This document shows positions 49,387 to 50,844 of a DNA stretch of 50,844 nt, in pieces; positions within the stretch are counted from its first letter, which is position 1, and each line of letters starts with the position of its first letter. Position numbers and translations under genes: made by a program. The notes below the pieces were generated by a model that did no database searches, was not told where the DNA came from, and was given only the letters and a program-made list of their open reading frames with translations. Source of the DNA: Armatimonadota bacterium (GTDB taxonomy: Bacteria > Armatimonadota > UBA10988); assembly GCA_016235455.1 (NCBI GenBank), contig JACRKZ010000121.1:1-50844 (forward strand), given 5' to 3'.

Positions 49387-50844
49387 TCAGTCGGCGATCT
49401 CACGAATCTTGATGTTGCGGTACCAGACCTCGGCGCCATGGTCCTGAATGACCAGGTGCCCCTTGGCCTCGGTGCCGAAGCGGTTCCAGTCCTTGAACTT
49501 GCTGTTCTTGTATTGTGCGTTCCAGGCGTCGCTGCCGATCTGATACTCGACGATCTTGCGGCCGTTGAGCCAGTGCTCGCCCTTGCCCTTGACCAGCCGG
49601 ATGAGGAAGTGGTTGACCTCGCCGGGCGGGTTCAGGTCCTTCTGGTCGTTGGGCGCGAACATCTCGTACAGGGCGCCACAGGAGTGGATCTCCGTGCTGT
49701 TGCGCGAGCCGTCGTCCTGGATCTGGATCTCGGGACCGCTGGCGAAGCTCGGTTCCACGTCCTCGGTGACGCGGTACATGATGCCCGAATTGCAGCCTCG
49801 GGACATGACGAAGTCGATGGCCAGCTCGAAGCTACCGTACTTCTCCTTGGTCATCAGGTCGCCGCCACCACCGCCGGCCCGCTGCCGGAGCCAGCCGTCG
49901 GCCACCAGCCAGCCGCCGGGCGTATCCTGGCGGCGGAAGCCGCGGAAGGCGTCGAGCTTCTCGCCATCGAACAGCAGCTTCCAGCCCGCGTCCTGCTCGG
50001 CGGCGGTGAGCTTGTTGGGCACGGCGCCGTCAGGCGCCTGGCGCACAGTGCCCTTCTCGGCGGGCAACCGGTTCACCGTGACCCACATCTCGCGGTTCCA
50101 CAGCGGGAACTTGGTGTCCGACACGGGCGCAATGGCCGCCTTGAGATGCAGCACCGAGCCAGCCTTGATGCCCGGTATCTCCAGGAAGAGGGTCCGTCCG
50201 TCCTCGCTGGGACTGGCCGAAACCACGCGGAGCTTCTCCATGGCCGGCGCCTGCTCGCCCCACACGCCCTGCTCGACGGCGAACAAACCCGGATCCCAGC
50301 CGGCTGGCGCCGCCAGGGGCCGCTCGAAGATCACGTCCAGACCATTGGCCAACGGTTTGGCCTGAGTGGCGAGGAAGGTGTCGGCCTCGCCCTCGACCAG
50401 CCGTTGCAGGCCGAACGGCGGCAGCGTCATCTGGTTGCCATCGCAGCCCACCAGCAGCGTTGACGATTCTGGCTGCCCGAGCACCGCGCGCGGGGTGGAC
50501 TCAAAGCCATCGCAGAGCCGCCAGACCGTGCCACCCGTGTCATCGGGCGCCACGGCCAGCAGGCCGTTGAGCCCGTCGCCGAGGAGCACGAGCCCGCTGA
50601 CCGCCGCCGGTTGGCAGGTACGCGTCAGCTTGCCGGGCGTGGGCACGACGGTGTGCGGCCCCAGGCGCCAGGTGCGATTGCCCGTGTCCACCGCGTGCAA
50701 TCGACAGAAGGCGCCCGCGGCCTCAACGATGAACAGGCCGTCGGCGTCGACCACCAGACCGAAGGGCGACGGCACCTTGTCCAGCCGACCCACCGCGCGC
50801 GACCCGGCCGGATTGAAGGCGCTCAGCCGGCACGACTTTGGGTC
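49387..50844 (-). CDS. DUF1080 (3-keto-disaccharide hydrolase family) multidomain protein, 5' end outside the window
   Basis: Frame is open to the window edge; C-terminal GWKLLFDG, GDLMT..Y..FEL, NSGIMY, GPEIQIQD, GALY, HWLNG, GHLVIQDHG..VWYRNIKIR. Confidence 0.85.
   Translation of the reverse strand, partial: DPKSCRLSAFNPAGSRAVGRLDKVPSPFGLVVDADGLFIVEAAGAFCRLHAVDTGNRTWRLGPHTVVPTPGKLTRTCQPAAVSGLVLLGDGLNGLLAVAPDDTGGTVWRLCDGFESTPRAVLGQPESSTLLVGCDGNQMTLPPFGLQRLVEGEADTFLATQAKPLANGLDVIFERPLAAPAGWDPGLFAVEQGVWGEQAPAMEKLRVVSASPSEDGRTLFLEIPGIKAGSVLHLKAAIAPVSDTKFPLWNREMWVTVNRLPAEKGTVRQAPDGAVPNKLTAAEQDAGWKLLFDGEKLDAFRGFRRQDTPGGWLVADGWLRQRAGGGGGDLMTKEKYGSFELAIDFVMSRGCNSGIMYRVTEDVEPSFASGPEIQIQDDGSRNSTEIHSCGALYEMFAPNDQKDLNPPGEVNHFLIRLVKGKGEHWLNGRKIVEYQIGSDAWNAQYKNSKFKDWNRFGTEAKGHLVIQDHGAEVWYRNIKIREIAD

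Overview
High-GC bacterial chromosomal window with about 37 protein-coding genes. I saw no rRNA, tRNA, CRISPR array, transposase or prophage. Terrabacteria-type genes (ClpC with a UVR M-domain, RqcH, a copper-amine-oxidase N-terminal 'stalk' domain, a bS22-like peptide) sit alongside a Kdo-lipid A operon (fabZ-lpxA-msbA-waaA-lpxK). This suggests a diderm Terrabacterium such as Armatimonadota (inference). The rest is mostly exported carbohydrate and redox machinery: (i) a DUF6599-DUF362-polyferredoxin operon; (ii) a Tat Gfo/Idh/MocA + PmoA-family + GH99-like + alkaline phosphatase run; (iii) a GNAT / NahK-like kinase / rhamnose isomerase group; (iv) a DUF1080 + ThuA-HEAT-PA14 + Tat Gfo + HEAT-PA14 operon, cut by the window edge, resembling a scaffolded 3-keto-glycoside pathway. 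The best candidates for undescribed biology are that HEAT-scaffolded operon, a barrel-less 3xPOTRA-TPR exported protein, the DUF362 redox module and an ATPase-less PilB/GspE N2 protein. Also notable are a 30-aa bS22-like gene, a YchF with degenerate G motifs and several REP/REPIN-like palindromes. All product calls come from motif recognition by eye, not database searches.
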